Assembly: GCF_030013595.1 (NCBI RefSeq)
Contig: NZ_CP122768.1
Length of the DNA: 64,000 bases
Direction: 5' to 3' (one strand)
DNA from: Escherichia coli
Lineage (GTDB): Bacteria > Pseudomonadota > Gammaproteobacteria > Enterobacterales > Enterobacteriaceae
Shown here: piece after piece, positions 1 through 19,362 of the stretch
Position numbering within the stretch: position 1 is the stretch's first letter
Layout of the letters: every line of letters starts with the position of its first letter
The notes under the pieces: model-generated
Database searches by the model: none
The model's input: the letters and a program-made list of their open reading frames with translations, nothing else
Told to the model about the DNA's origin: nothing
Program-made: the position numbers and the translations under genes

Positions 1-2322
<2,322 letters not shown>

Positions 2323-2433
2323 TCCTCTCTTTATCTGCTATACCTGGTAGTGTCCTTTCCTCAAGGTTAATGATAAAAAATGTGGCACACAGGCGGTGCC
2401 TTTTATTTTTACTGAAGTTCACAGGAGGTTTAT

Positions 2434-3201
2434 GTGTTTAATTCTGACAACCTGAGACTCGACGGAAAATGTGCCATCATCACAGGTGCCGGTGCAGGTA
2501 TTGGTAAAGAAATTGCCATTACATTCGCGACAGCTGGCGCATCTGTGGTGGTCAGTGATATTAACGCCGACGCAGCTAACCATGTTGTAGATGAAATTCA
2601 ACAACTGGGTGGTCAGGCATTTGCCTGCCGTTGTGATATTGCTTCCGAACAGGAACTCTCTGCACTGGCAGACTTTGCCGTCAGTAAGCTGGGTAAAGTT
2701 GATATCCTGGTTAACAACGCCGGTGGCGGTGGTCCTAAACCGTTTGATATGCCAATGGCAGATTTTCGCCGTGCTTATGAACTGAATGTGTTTTCTTTTT
2801 TCCATCTGTCACAACTTGTTGCGCCAGAAATGGAAAAAAATGGCGGTGGCGTTATTCTGACCATCACTTCTATGGCGGCAGAAAATAAAAATATAAACAT
2901 GACTTCTTATGCATCATCTAAAGCTGCGGCCAGTCATCTGGTCAGAAATATGGCGTTTGACCTGGGTGAAAAAAATATTCGGGTGAATGGCATTGCGCCG
3001 GGGGCAATATTAACCGATGCCCTGAAATCCGTTATTACACCAGAAATTGAACAAAAAATGTTACAGCACACGCCGATCAGACGTCTGGGCCAACCGCAAG
3101 ATATTGCTAACGCGGCGCTGTTCCTTTGCTCGCCTGCAGCCAGCTGGGTAAGCGGACAAATTCTCACCGTCTCCGGTGGTGGGGTACAGGAGCTGAATTA
3201 A
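2434..3201 (+). CDS. hdhA: 7-alpha-hydroxysteroid dehydrogenase (SDR family)
   Basis: 255 aa, GTG start, TGAGAGIG Rossmann motif and YxxxK SDR signature; matches HdhA as I recall it. Confidence 0.9.
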   Translation: MFNSDNLRLDGKCAIITGAGAGIGKEIAITFATAGASVVVSDINADAANHVVDEIQQLGGQAFACRCDIASEQELSALADFAVSKLGKVDILVNNAGGGGPKPFDMPMADFRRAYELNVFSFFHLSQLVAPEMEKNGGGVILTITSMAAENKNINMTSYASSKAAASHLVRNMAFDLGEKNIRVNGIAPGAILTDALKSVITPEIEQKMLQHTPIRRLGQPQDIANAALFLCSPAASWVSGQILTVSGGGVQELN

Positions 3202-3429
3202 TACACTAACGAACCGGTAAACAGCCGTATGTGTTGTTTACCGGGATAGCGTGTGCAATTCATCAACGTCTCTGCGAAACAACTGGCAGCCAAATCACGG
3301 CTATTGGTTAACCAATTACTGGGTGAAAAGTATACGAATAGAGTGTGCCTTCGCACTATTCAACAGCAATGATAGGCGCTCACCTGACAACGCGGTAAAC
3401 TAGTTATTCACGCTAACTATAATGGTTTT

Positions 3430-4020
3430 ATGATGGATAACATGCAGACTGAAGCACAACCGACACGGACCCGGATCCTCAATGCTGCCAGAGAGATTTT
3501 TTCAGAAAATGGATTTCACAGTGCCTCGATGAAAGCCATCTGTAAATCTTGCGCCATTAGTCCCGGGACGCTCTATCACCATTTCATCTCCAAAGAAGCC
3601 CTGATTCAGGCGATTATCTTACAGGACCAGGAGAGGGCGCTGGCCCGTTTCCGGGAACCGATTGAAGGGATTCATTTCGTTGACTATATGGTCGAGTCTA
3701 TTGTCTCTCTCACCCATGAAGCCTTTGGACAACGGGCGCTGGTGGTCGAAATTATGGCGGAAGGGATGCGTAACCCACAGGTCGCCGCCATGCTTAAAAA
3801 TAAACATATGACGATCACGGAATTTGTTGCCCAGCGGATGCGTGATGCCCAGCAAAAAGGCGAGATAAGCCCAGACATCAACACGGCAATGACTTCACGT
3901 TTACTGCTGGATCTGACCTACGGTGTACTGGCCGATATCGAAGCGGAAGATCTGGCGCGTGAAGCGTCGTTTGCTCAGGGATTACGCGCGATGATTGGCG
4001 GTATCTTAACCGCATCCTGA
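3430..4020 (+). CDS. uidR: TetR-family repressor of the uid operon
   Basis: 196 aa TetR-type HTH protein immediately upstream of uidA. Confidence 0.9.
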   Translation: MMDNMQTEAQPTRTRILNAAREIFSENGFHSASMKAICKSCAISPGTLYHHFISKEALIQAIILQDQERALARFREPIEGIHFVDYMVESIVSLTHEAFGQRALVVEIMAEGMRNPQVAAMLKNKHMTITEFVAQRMRDAQQKGEISPDINTAMTSRLLLDLTYGVLADIEAEDLAREASFAQGLRAMIGGILTAS

Positions 4021-4359
4021 TCCTCTCTCTCTTTCCGCGGGCTGGTGACAACTGAGCCCGCGTTTCATATCGTAATTTCTCTGTGCAAAAATTATCCTCC
4101 CCGGGAGCGGAGAATTCCCCCCCAAATATTCACTGTAGTCATATGTCATGAGAGTTTATCGTTCCCAACACGCTCGAACGAGCGTTCGATTGCTTATTTT
4201 ATGGCTTATGTCAACGCTGTTTTAAAGATTAATGCGATCTATATCACGCTGTGGGTATTGCAGTTTTTGGTTTTTTGATCCCGGTGTCAGTTCTTTTTAT
4301 TTCCATTTCTCTTCCATGGGTTTCTCACAGATAACTGTGTGTAGCACAGAATTGGTTAA

Positions 4360-7592
<3,233 letters not shown>

Positions 7593-7630
7593 TATTCAAT
7601 AAAAATAATCAGAACATCAAAGGTGCAACT

Positions 7631-8896
7631 ATGAGAAAAATAGTGGCCATGGCCGTTATTTGCCTGACGGCTGCCTCTGGCCTTACCTCTGCTTACGCGG
7701 CGCAACTGGCTGACGATGAAGCGGGACTACGCATCAGACTGAAAAACGAATTGCGCAGGGCTGATAAGCCCAGTGCTGGCGCGGGAAGAGATATTTACGC
7801 ATGGGTACAGGGAGGATTGCTCGATTTCAATAGTGGTTATTATTCCAATATTATTGGCGTTGAAGGCGGAGCGTATTATGTTTATAAATTAGGTGCTCGT
7901 GCTGATATGAGTACCCGGTGGTATCTTGATGGTGATAAAAGTTTTGGCTTTGCCCTGGGGGCAGTAAAAATAAAACCCAGTGAAAATAGCCTGCTAAAAT
8001 TAGGTCGCTTCGGGACGGATTATAGTTATGGTAGCTTACCTTATCGTATTCCGTTAATGGCTGGCAGTTCGCAACGTACATTACCGACAGTTTCTGAAGG
8101 AGCATTAGGTTATTGGGCTTTAACGCCAAATATTGATCTGTGGGGAATGTGGCGTTCACGAGTATTTTTATGGACTGATTCAACAACCGGTATTCGTGAT
8201 GAAGGGGTGTATAACAGCCAGACGGGAAAATACGATAAACATCGCGCACGTTCTTTTTTAGCCGCCAGTTGGCATGATGATACCAGTCGCTATTCTCTGG
8301 GGGCATCGGTACAGAAAGATGTTTCCAATCAGATACAAAGTATTCTCGAGAAAAGCATACCGCTTGACCCGAATTATACGTTGAAAGGGGAGTTGCTCGG
8401 CTTTTACGCGCAACTTGAAGGTTTAAGTCGTAATACCAGCCAGCCCAATGAAACGGCGTTGGTTAGTGGACAATTGACCTGGAATGCGCCGTGGGGAAGC
8501 GTATTTGGCAGTGGTGGTTATTTGCGCCATGCAATGAATGGTGCCGTGGTGGATACCGACATTGGCTATCCCTTTTCATTAAGTCTTGATCGTAACCGTG
8601 AAGGAATGCAGTCCTGGCAATTGGGTGTCAACTATCGTTTAACCCCGCAATTTACGCTGACATTTGCACCGATTGTGACTCGCGGCTATGAATCCAGTAA
8701 ACGAGATGTGCGGATTGAAGGCGCGGGTATCTTAGGTGGTATGAACTATCGGGTCAGCGAAGGGCCGTTACAAGGGATGAATTTCTTTCTTGCTGCCGAT
8801 AAAGGGCGGGAAAAACGCGATGGCAGTGCGCTGGGCGATCGCCTGAATTACTGGGATGTGAAAATGAGTATTCAGTATGACTTTATGCTGAAGTAA
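7631..8896 (+). CDS. uidC: outer-membrane glucuronide porin
   Basis: 421 aa with signal peptide and C-terminal aromatic residue; third gene of uid operon. Confidence 0.85.
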   Translation: MRKIVAMAVICLTAASGLTSAYAAQLADDEAGLRIRLKNELRRADKPSAGAGRDIYAWVQGGLLDFNSGYYSNIIGVEGGAYYVYKLGARADMSTRWYLDGDKSFGFALGAVKIKPSENSLLKLGRFGTDYSYGSLPYRIPLMAGSSQRTLPTVSEGALGYWALTPNIDLWGMWRSRVFLWTDSTTGIRDEGVYNSQTGKYDKHRARSFLAASWHDDTSRYSLGASVQKDVSNQIQSILEKSIPLDPNYTLKGELLGFYAQLEGLSRNTSQPNETALVSGQLTWNAPWGSVFGSGGYLRHAMNGAVVDTDIGYPFSLSLDRNREGMQSWQLGVNYRLTPQFTLTFAPIVTRGYESSKRDVRIEGAGILGGMNYRVSEGPLQGMNFFLAADKGREKRDGSALGDRLNYWDVKMSIQYDFMLK

Positions 8897-8897
8897 G

Positions 8898-8932
8898 AAA
8901 AAAATGCCGGAGAGAAAAATCTCCGGCGTTTT
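8898..8932. terminator. bidirectional rho-independent terminator between uidC and ydgA
   Basis: GCCGGAGAGAAAAATCTCCGGC hairpin flanked by A-run upstream and T-run downstream. Confidence 0.5.
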
Positions 8933-8941
8933 GGCTGTGAA

Positions 8942-10450
8942 TTACTGCTGCGGAATAGCGGGTACAGCCGGAACGTTTAATGCCGGCATTGCAAACATCC
9001 CAACAAAATCTTCCAGTGGCATTTTCTGCCCGTTTAACGTGATCTGACCGTTAGCATATTGCAGGCTGGTGGTGATGGTATTGTCCTGCAAGGTGGTCAG
9101 GCGGAACATCTGCCCCATTGCTGACGCACCTTCAACTTGCTGTTTCGCCAGTTTTTTTGCTTGATCTTCCTGATAACCTTCCAGCTTCGCTACCTGAGTC
9201 ATAAACTCAGTTGCCATATCCACCGGAATGGTCAGTTTCGCATCCAGAGATTTAACCGAGCGGTCTACTTCCTGCGCCAGCGTTTGCGGCGCTTCTTTAC
9301 TCGTTGCCGGATCTTTCAGGAACAGCGACAGATTCAGCGCACTTTCACCCTGACTGTTTTTCCAGCTTAGCGGCGCGATAGTAATCACCGGATCGCCTTT
9401 CAACATCAGCGGCAGGGCGCTAAAGAAGGCTTCCGTCACTTTCTCCTGATAAAGTTCGGGATTGTTGGCAATTTCTGGCTGTGCCAGCAGCGCCTGAGTT
9501 TGCGCGTTATATTGCTGGCTAAACTGATGCCAGGCTTCACCATCAATCTGGCCGACTTTTAAAGTCAGCTTGCCGCTGCCCAGATCCTGATTCTGTACCT
9601 TCAGGCTGTTTAGCGAGTAATCCAGTTGGCTATTGATCGTTTTACCGTCATTGACCAGATCCGATTTACCGCTGATCTCCATGCCTTCCAGCAGTGCCAG
9701 TTCTTTGCCTTCCACTGAAATGGTCATTTTTTCCAGTGACAGTTTTTGGTTTCCTACGCGCTCACCAAAACTTGCCAGCGTGCTGGAACCGTCGGTTTTC
9801 AGATTATTAAAGGTCAACTGCACTTTCTGGTTGTATTCGTTAACTGCGTCTATCCGACCACTTTGCGCCTCCCCGGAAAGGGAGATAGCTTTGCCGTCTC
9901 TGTCCGCATTTAACTGGAACTCGCCGCCGCTAAAGGCGACTTTTTCATCCTTTTGCTCGTAATTCAGCGGCTTGAGCGAAATATCGGAACTGGAATCTCC
10001 GCTGTAACCAATGCGGGAGTTAATCTCAAAAGGCGTTTCACCTTTTGCCATATCAAACAGTGGCTTGCTAACTTCGTTATTAACCAGCGTGGTTTGAATT
10101 GATGCCATCGACGGGATCAGGTTCAGTTTTTTTAGCTGGGCAAGGGGGAAGGGACCATGATCAACCGATTCGTTGAAGATGACGCTCTGACCGCTTTTAA
10201 TCCACGGATTTTCTTTCCCGGCAATGGGTTTCACCAACAGTTGCAGCTGACTGCTGAATACGCCGCGATGATAGTTTTGATAACTCACTTCCAGGTTGGA
10301 TTCAGGAGCGGTCAGTTTGAGTTGCGCGTTCGCCTGCGCGACCATGTCTTCGAGATGGGTTTCAATCTTCTTGCCTGTATACCATGCGCCGCCTGTCCAG
10401 ACTACGCCTAGCGCAACAATGACGCCTACCGCTACCAGCGATTTATTCAT
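8942..10450 (-). CDS. ydgA: DUF945 family protein YdgA
   Basis: 502 aa ORF with N-terminal signal/anchor (MNKSLVAVGVIVALGVVWTGGAWYTGKK); K-12 synteny. Confidence 0.85.
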   Translation of the reverse strand: MNKSLVAVGVIVALGVVWTGGAWYTGKKIETHLEDMVAQANAQLKLTAPESNLEVSYQNYHRGVFSSQLQLLVKPIAGKENPWIKSGQSVIFNESVDHGPFPLAQLKKLNLIPSMASIQTTLVNNEVSKPLFDMAKGETPFEINSRIGYSGDSSSDISLKPLNYEQKDEKVAFSGGEFQLNADRDGKAISLSGEAQSGRIDAVNEYNQKVQLTFNNLKTDGSSTLASFGERVGNQKLSLEKMTISVEGKELALLEGMEISGKSDLVNDGKTINSQLDYSLNSLKVQNQDLGSGKLTLKVGQIDGEAWHQFSQQYNAQTQALLAQPEIANNPELYQEKVTEAFFSALPLMLKGDPVITIAPLSWKNSQGESALNLSLFLKDPATSKEAPQTLAQEVDRSVKSLDAKLTIPVDMATEFMTQVAKLEGYQEDQAKKLAKQQVEGASAMGQMFRLTTLQDNTITTSLQYANGQITLNGQKMPLEDFVGMFAMPALNVPAVPAIPQQ

Positions 10451-10550
10451 AATGATTATCCATAAAATGAAATCAGGCGGACTGGCCGCCTGAAGGTGTT
10501 ATAAGCCTTTAATAAGCTTAGCAAGAGATGTTAATTTTTTCAGTAAGCTC

Positions 10551-11726
10551 TTACAGCTTGTTGTAAACACGCGCTAAACGGCCGTGGCCTTTGACAGTCA
10601 CCGGTGATTCGTTGGCGGCAATAAACGCTGATTCACCCGGTTTAAGCTGTAACTGCTGAGAACCTTTACACAGCGTTGCATCGCCTTCGACGCAGAACAA
10701 AATGGCGGCACTCTGCTGGCTGATGGTGGTTTCTTTATCACTAAGGTCATGCAGCGAGAAGGCAAAATCATCAACAGGAATCGGGAAGTCCAGTTCTGCA
10801 CCTTGTTTCACCGGCTGGGTCAACAACTGGTTAGCCGGTTTGGCTTCGAACTTCACATTGGTAACCAGTTCCGGAATATCAATGTATTTAGGCGTCAGAC
10901 CCGCACGCAGCACGTTATCGGAGTTAGCCATCACTTCCAGCGCCACGCCTTGCAGGTAAGCGTGCGGTGTTTCAGCGAACAGGAACATCGCTTCGCCCGG
11001 GTTCAATTTCACCACATTCAGCAATAGCGGGGAGAACAGACCGCTGTCTTCCGGGTAAAATTCAGAAATTAAACGAATCGTTTGCCACGGTTCACCCTGC
11101 TGGCTGTCGAGCGCCGATTTTAAAATCGCCAGCGCGCGGGATTTTTCTTCCCCCTGCATATTCAGCAGGCTGGCGAACAGTTCGCTTAAACGTTCGGCAT
11201 CAGGCTGTTGTAAAAAGTGAGCAATCGCCGGATGTGCACCTGCGACTGGCTGGAGTAGGGAAACAATCTCGGAAAATTCACGAAACGCATTCATCGCAAG
11301 GAAAGGCGTCAGCGCAAAAACCAGCTCCGGCTTGTGGTTAGGATCTTTATAGTTACGCTCGGCGGCATCCATCGGAATACCTGCGGCATTTTCTTTGGCA
11401 AAACCGATTTCAGAATTGCGTTTGTTTGGATGAACCTGAATGGAGAGCGGCTGTGCTGCGCATAATACTTTGAACAGGAAAGGCAGTTCGCCAAAGCGTT
11501 TGGCAACGGCCTCTCCGAGCAGAGTCGATTTATCACTCTCAATCACATCACGCAGTGAAACGATATCTCCGGCGGCATTCTGCACTCGTGAACTGCTTTT
11601 TGGATGTGCGCCCATCCACAGCTCGGCCATCGGCTGGCTGGACGGATTTTCCATACCATAAAGTTCAGTCAACGCCGTTTTGCTGCCCCAGGCATAGTTT
11701 TGCACTGAGTTAATGAGTTTTTGCAT
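10551..11726 (-). CDS. manA: mannose-6-phosphate isomerase
   Basis: Internal start MQKLINSVQNYAWGSKTALTELYGMENPSSQPMAELWMGAHPKSS gives 391 aa ManA; the track ORF begins at an upstream in-frame ATG. Confidence 0.9.
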   Translation of the reverse strand: MQKLINSVQNYAWGSKTALTELYGMENPSSQPMAELWMGAHPKSSSRVQNAAGDIVSLRDVIESDKSTLLGEAVAKRFGELPFLFKVLCAAQPLSIQVHPNKRNSEIGFAKENAAGIPMDAAERNYKDPNHKPELVFALTPFLAMNAFREFSEIVSLLQPVAGAHPAIAHFLQQPDAERLSELFASLLNMQGEEKSRALAILKSALDSQQGEPWQTIRLISEFYPEDSGLFSPLLLNVVKLNPGEAMFLFAETPHAYLQGVALEVMANSDNVLRAGLTPKYIDIPELVTNVKFEAKPANQLLTQPVKQGAELDFPIPVDDFAFSLHDLSDKETTISQQSAAILFCVEGDATLCKGSQQLQLKPGESAFIAANESPVTVKGHGRLARVYNKL

Positions 11727-11924
11727 GATCAATCCCTGTTTTAATGTGGAAATTAATCCCGCTATTAAAGCAAGAATCCTACGGGAAGTAACCTGGAGCC
11801 GCAAAAAGTCGTACTAGTCTCAGTTTTTGTTAAAAAAGTGTGTAGGATATTGTTACTCGCTTTTAACAGGGCAACGGAACACCCGCCCAGAGCATAACCA
11901 AACCAGGCAGTAAGTGAGAGAACA

Positions 11925-13571
11925 ATGTCAAACAAACCCTTTCATTATCAGGCTCCTTTTCCACTCAAAAAAGATGATACTGAGTATTACCTGCTAACCA
12001 GCGAACACGTTAGCGTATCTGAATTTGAAGGGCAGGAGATTTTGAAAGTCGCACCCGAAGCGTTAACTTTGTTGGCGCGTCAGGCGTTTCATGATGCGTC
12101 ATTTATGCTGCGTCCGGCTCACCAACAACAGGTGGCCGACATTCTGCGTGACCCGGAAGCCAGCGAAAATGATAAATATGTGGCGCTGCAATTCCTGCGC
12201 AACTCCGACATCGCGGCGAAAGGCGTTCTGCCAACCTGTCAGGATACCGGCACCGCGATTATTGTTGGTAAAAAAGGGCAGCGTGTATGGACCGGTGGCG
12301 GTGATGAAGCGGCGCTGGCGCGCGGTGTCTATAACACTTATATCGAAGATAATCTGCGCTACTCGCAAAACGCGCCGCTGGATATGTATAAAGAGGTGAA
12401 TACCGGCACCAACTTGCCGGCGCAGATTGATCTTTATGCCGTTGATGGCGACGAGTACAAATTCCTCTGTATCGCCAAAGGTGGCGGTTCGGCAAACAAG
12501 ACGTATCTGTATCAGGAAACCAAAGCGTTACTGACGCCGGGAAAACTGAAAAATTACCTGGTTGAGAAAATGCGCACGCTGGGTACGGCAGCCTGTCCTC
12601 CCTATCATATTGCATTTGTGATTGGTGGAACTTCTGCGGAAACGAACCTTAAAACGGTGAAACTGGCTTCCGCTAAATACTATGATGAACTGCCAACGGA
12701 AGGGAATGAGCACGGTCAGGCGTTCCGCGATGTGGAACTGGAAAAAGAATTGCTGATCGAAGCGCAAAATCTTGGTCTGGGTGCGCAGTTTGGTGGTAAA
12801 TACTTCGCTCACGACATCCGCGTGATTCGCCTGCCACGTCACGGCGCATCCTGCCCAGTCGGAATGGGCGTCTCCTGTTCTGCTGACCGTAATATCAAAG
12901 CGAAGATCAACCGTCAGGGGATCTGGATCGAAAAACTGGAACATAATCCAGGCAAATATATCCCGGAAGAGCTGCGCAAAGCGGGAGAAGGCGAAGCGGT
13001 GCGCGTTGACCTTAACCGTCCGATGAAAGAGATCCTCGCACAGTTGTCGCAGTATCCCGTTTCTACACGCTTATCGCTGAATGGCACGATTATCGTTGGT
13101 CGTGATATTGCTCACGCCAAACTGAAAGAGCGGATGGATAACGGCGAAGGGCTGCCGCAGTATATTAAAGATCATCCGATTTACTACGCGGGTCCGGCCA
13201 AAACGCCGGAAGGTTATGCCTCCGGTTCTCTTGGCCCAACGACCGCCGGCCGGATGGATTCTTATGTCGATCAACTGCAAGCGCAGGGCGGAAGTATGAT
13301 CATGCTGGCGAAAGGCAACCGCAGCCAGCAGGTGACGGATGCCTGTAAAAAACACGGCGGCTTCTACCTTGGCAGTATCGGTGGTCCGGCCGCTGTATTG
13401 GCGCAGGGTAGTATTAAGAGCCTGGAATGTGTTGAATATCCGGAACTGGGAATGGAAGCCATCTGGAAAATTGAAGTGGAAGATTTCCCGGCGTTTATCC
13501 TTGTGGATGATAAAGGAAATGACTTCTTCCAGCAGATACAACTCACACAGTGCACCCGCTGTGTGAAATAA
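11925..13571 (+). CDS. fumA: class I (Fe-S) fumarate hydratase
   Basis: 548 aa, [43 protein letters not shown]-terminus. Confidence 0.95.
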   Translation: MSNKPFHYQAPFPLKKDDTEYYLLTSEHVSVSEFEGQEILKVAPEALTLLARQAFHDASFMLRPAHQQQVADILRDPEASENDKYVALQFLRNSDIAAKGVLPTCQDTGTAIIVGKKGQRVWTGGGDEAALARGVYNTYIEDNLRYSQNAPLDMYKEVNTGTNLPAQIDLYAVDGDEYKFLCIAKGGGSANKTYLYQETKALLTPGKLKNYLVEKMRTLGTAACPPYHIAFVIGGTSAETNLKTVKLASAKYYDELPTEGNEHGQAFRDVELEKELLIEAQNLGLGAQFGGKYFAHDIRVIRLPRHGASCPVGMGVSCSADRNIKAKINRQGIWIEKLEHNPGKYIPEELRKAGEGEAVRVDLNRPMKEILAQLSQYPVSTRLSLNGTIIVGRDIAHAKLKERMDNGEGLPQYIKDHPIYYAGPAKTPEGYASGSLGPTTAGRMDSYVDQLQAQGGSMIMLAKGNRSQQVTDACKKHGGFYLGSIGGPAAVLAQGSIKSLECVEYPELGMEAIWKIEVEDFPAFILVDDKGNDFFQQIQLTQCTRCVK

Positions 13572-13575
13572 ACAG

Positions 13576-13599
13576 AGCCGCCCTTCGGGGCGGTTTTTT
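13576..13599 (+). terminator. rho-independent terminator after fumA
   Basis: GCCGCCCTTCGGGGCGG hairpin followed by TTTTTTT. Confidence 0.6.
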
Positions 13600-13713
13600 T
13601 ACATGGCACGAAAGACCAAACATTTGTTATCAAATAGTAAATAATGAGTGAGCTAAAAGTTGCTTAACGAAAGCAAAACAGAAAGAAAAAATTAATCAGG
13701 TGAGGAGCATGCC

Positions 13714-16076
<2,363 letters not shown>

Positions 16077-16118
16077 TTATAGCACAGTGGTGGTGACTTG
16101 ACCACCGTGCGCGTAATG

Positions 16119-17420
16119 TCAAGCAGAGGTAAATTGCGGGATGTTATGCCATAACGGCCAACTAAACGAGAAGCGGGCACCACCCAGTTCGCTGGTGTCA
16201 CAATTAACCGTACCGCCCATTGCCAGTGCTATAGAGTGGACAATCGCCAACCCCAGCCCGCAGCCGCCGGTTGAGCGATCCCGGCTGGGATCGAGGCGAA
16301 CAAAAGGTTCAAAGATATGTTCGCGGTTTTCTGGGGCAATCCCTGGGCCATCATCCTCAACAATTAATGTCGCTCTATTCCCCGACAGTAGCAGGCTGGT
16401 TTCAACCGTTGAGTGACAGTAGCGCAGGGCGTTATTGAGCAAATTATCCAGCACGCGCTCCATTAAGCGCATATCCAACGCCGCATAATGGCCTTGCGCG
16501 AGCGTTTTAATCCGTACCGTTTTATCGGGCGTTACTGCCTGAATGTCTGCCAGATGCGTTGACAGCCACAACGGCAGGTCTGGTTCGCTAAGATGAAGCT
16601 CGTTTTGTGGGCGATCGAGTCGGGCATAAGTCAGCAGCTCTTCAATTAAAGCTTCAAGTTGACTGATATCGCGATTCAACGCCTGGGATTCGGCGGCGCT
16701 CAGGTTATCGCTCATCTCCAGTCGATAACGCAGGCGCACTAACGGTGTTCGCAGTTCATGAGCGATACCGTCAATAAGCTGTTTTTTGCTGGCAATCAAG
16801 GCGTTGATATTGTCCGCCATCTGGTTAAATGCGACGCCAAGTCGTTCAAAGCTCGAACCCTCATCAAAGTGGATACGCTCATTGAGATGCCCATCGCCAA
16901 ATCGTTGCGCCGCTGCTTCCAGTTTTAACATATCCTGCCAGTGCGGACGCATCCAGATAAACACCGGAAAGGCGAGGGAAATGGCAATAAAAGCGATCAG
17001 GGCGATATCCAGTAATCGCATCTGATGGAGGTAATAAAGATAAGGAACAGGACCAACTGCCAGCACGTAGTGGCTGCGCGGGATACGTTGCAAAAACGTG
17101 TACTGATCGTCCAGGGCGACAATTTCGCCGCCACGCAGCCGGTGCATGGAAATATCATCAAGATGATATTTACTCAGCGGCTCGACACGCAGATCGAAAG
17201 AGAGATTTAAATCCATCTCCTTCAGCGTCTTACCCCAATCGTGTGGGGGGATCTCACGCAATTCGCTGCGCATCAGATACAGCGAACTGTTCATCAAATC
17301 ATCCAGCGACTGTTTGCCCGCGCGTTCGGCGGTAAATTTGTACACCAGCCCAACCAGCAGAGACATCACAAGGAAGCAGACAAACAATAACAGGTAAAAC
17401 TGGATAAACAGTTTTTTCAT
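16119..17420 (-). CDS. rstB: sensor histidine kinase RstB
   Basis: 433 aa with two TM segments, HAMP, H-box (HELRTPL) and ATPase domain. Confidence 0.9.
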   Translation of the reverse strand: MKKLFIQFYLLLFVCFLVMSLLVGLVYKFTAERAGKQSLDDLMNSSLYLMRSELREIPPHDWGKTLKEMDLNLSFDLRVEPLSKYHLDDISMHRLRGGEIVALDDQYTFLQRIPRSHYVLAVGPVPYLYYLHQMRLLDIALIAFIAISLAFPVFIWMRPHWQDMLKLEAAAQRFGDGHLNERIHFDEGSSFERLGVAFNQMADNINALIASKKQLIDGIAHELRTPLVRLRYRLEMSDNLSAAESQALNRDISQLEALIEELLTYARLDRPQNELHLSEPDLPLWLSTHLADIQAVTPDKTVRIKTLAQGHYAALDMRLMERVLDNLLNNALRYCHSTVETSLLLSGNRATLIVEDDGPGIAPENREHIFEPFVRLDPSRDRSTGGCGLGLAIVHSIALAMGGTVNCDTSELGGARFSFSWPLWHNIPQFTSA

Positions 17421-17423
17421 CGC

Positions 17424-18143
17424 TTATTCCCATGCATGAGGCGCAAAAAGATAGCCTTTGTTACGCACAGTTTTAATGCGATAAGGTTCTGCGGCGTTAT
17501 CGAGCAGTTTTTTTCTTAACCGCGAAATAGCCACGTCCACGCTACGATCCAGTCCGTCATAACTGACGCCACGTAAATTTTTCAGCAATGCATCGCGGTC
17601 CATGATTTGCCCAGCATGGGTAGCTAATTCCCACAATAATTCGAAATCAGCTGTCGAGAGCGAGATTTCAGTGTTAGCCAGGGTGACTACGCGGTTGATA
17701 GGATCGATGGTCAACGTGCCGAAATGCAGGGCTTTGTAGGGAGTCAGAGACGTTTCCTGAAGACCTTTGCTCAGTGTGGCTTGCTCATTCTGACGCAAAT
17801 GCAAACGTAAACGCGCTAACAAAACAGCAGGGGGCGTCGTTTTGAGAATATAGTCGCAGGCTCCCATTTCCAGTGCCAGGATGTGGTTCATATCGCTATC
17901 GAGAGAGGTTAGAAGAACAATTGGTCCGGACCACTTTGCGCGTAAATCACGACAAATGGTCATGCCGTCCTTGCCTGGTAGCATGATGTCGAGTAACACC
18001 AAATCCGGATTTTCTCGCAGAATAGTTTCTTCGGCCTGGTCGCCGCGCGGCTCTACGGTAACCTGCATATCATGTTTTGCCAGGTACGCGGCAATCAGTG
18101 AACCGACTTCCGCATCATCTTCCACAAATACGATAGTGTTCAT
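17424..18143 (-). CDS. rstA: OmpR-family response regulator RstA
   Basis: Start at MNTIVFVEDDAEV; receiver domain plus winged-helix; track ORF begins 20 codons upstream. Confidence 0.85.
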   Translation of the reverse strand: MNTIVFVEDDAEVGSLIAAYLAKHDMQVTVEPRGDQAEETILRENPDLVLLDIMLPGKDGMTICRDLRAKWSGPIVLLTSLDSDMNHILALEMGACDYILKTTPPAVLLARLRLHLRQNEQATLSKGLQETSLTPYKALHFGTLTIDPINRVVTLANTEISLSTADFELLWELATHAGQIMDRDALLKNLRGVSYDGLDRSVDVAISRLRKKLLDNAAEPYRIKTVRNKGYLFAPHAWE

Positions 18144-18271
18144 AACATTCACGGTAGATATAAAAACGTCACAATACACCGCGCTGTTTTTACTTACTAT
18201 CAATCGTTTCTAAACAAGGTTTCATCAGGTATTCTACTGATGACTTGTTATGGAAGTGTTAAGGTAAAAAG

Positions 18272-18607
18272 ATGGGGCTGGTAATCAAAGCCGCGCTCGG
18301 TGCGCTGGTAGTGCTGTTGATTGGTGTTTTAGCAAAAACGAAAAATTATTATATCGCCGGGCTGATCCCACTTTTCCCGACCTTTGCGCTCATCGCGCAT
18401 TATATTGTTGCCAGCGAACGCGGCATTGAAGCCTTACGCGCAACCATCATTTTTAGCATGTGGTCGATTATTCCCTATTTTGTTTACCTGGCGTCGCTGT
18501 GGTATTTCACCGGAATGATGCGCTTGCCCGCCGCTTTTGTTGGTTCTGTTGCATGCTGGGGGATAAGCGCATGGGTGTTGATTATATGCTGGATTAAGCT
18601 GCATTAA
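18272..18607 (+). CDS. ydgC: GlpM-family inner membrane protein
   Basis: 111 aa, four hydrophobic segments; K-12 synteny. Confidence 0.8.
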   Translation: MGLVIKAALGALVVLLIGVLAKTKNYYIAGLIPLFPTFALIAHYIVASERGIEALRATIIFSMWSIIPYFVYLASLWYFTGMMRLPAAFVGSVACWGISAWVLIICWIKLH

Positions 18608-19326
18608 CGCAGATGACGACCGCCATCAAGAGGGAAACTGCGTCCGGTGACAAAGCAGCTGGTAAGTAAGTAATCGACCAGGTCGATCACTTCTTTCTCG
18701 CCAGGCGCGGTTTTCATCAGTGATTTATTCAGCGCCTGTTGTCGATATTCGGCATCATCATGTTCATTAAACAGGATCAGCGATGGCGCAATAGAATTCA
18801 CTTTCACTTCCGGTGCCAGCTTGCGGGCAAACGAGCGAGTCATATTATCCAGTGCCGCTTTGCTTGCAGCATAGGCAATATGTTTGTCGCTACCGCGCTC
18901 CACCACATAATCGGTAAAGTGAATGATATCGCTGGCGGCGTGTCCGTGCCCACGCAGTAATCTTTCCAGGGCATGGTTGAGTAGATATGGGGTATTAACG
19001 TGGATCTGCATCATGCAAGCCAGTATGTCGGTCAGTGGTGTACCTGGTTTTTCTGCCATCCACGCGCTGGCGTTATGCAAAATAGCACGCAGGCCATGGG
19101 TGCTTTTTAGTACTTCATCGGCAAACGCCATCACACCGTCGTTGGTCGAAAAATCAGCCTGAATACACTGCGCACCTGCGTTAATCAGTCCATCAATGGC
19201 TGGATAGTGCGTCCGATAGCTGATAATCACCGGTTGCTTTTGATTAATGAAATGCCATGCGAGGGCGAGGCCGATGCGACGACCTCCGCCAGTAATTAAT
19301 ATTGGCAAGGGCTGGGCTTTACCCAT
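18604..19326 (-). CDS. folM: dihydromonapterin reductase (SDR)
   Basis: Starts MGKAQPLPILITGGGRRIGLALAWHF; 240 aa SDR. Confidence 0.85.
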   Translation of the reverse strand: MGKAQPLPILITGGGRRIGLALAWHFINQKQPVIISYRTHYPAIDGLINAGAQCIQADFSTNDGVMAFADEVLKSTHGLRAILHNASAWMAEKPGTPLTDILACMMQIHVNTPYLLNHALERLLRGHGHAASDIIHFTDYVVERGSDKHIAYAASKAALDNMTRSFARKLAPEVKVNSIAPSLILFNEHDDAEYRQQALNKSLMKTAPGEKEVIDLVDYLLTSCFVTGRSFPLDGGRHLR

Positions 19327-19362
19327 CGTTATCTCCTTTGCTATCAAACGATGGGATGAACG

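Noticed and set aside
12091-13633. Multiple 75-156 aa ORFs on both strands inside fumA
   Set aside because: Fully overlapped by the 548-aa fumA ORF with unmistakable FumA sequence; no independent start or ribosome-binding signals.
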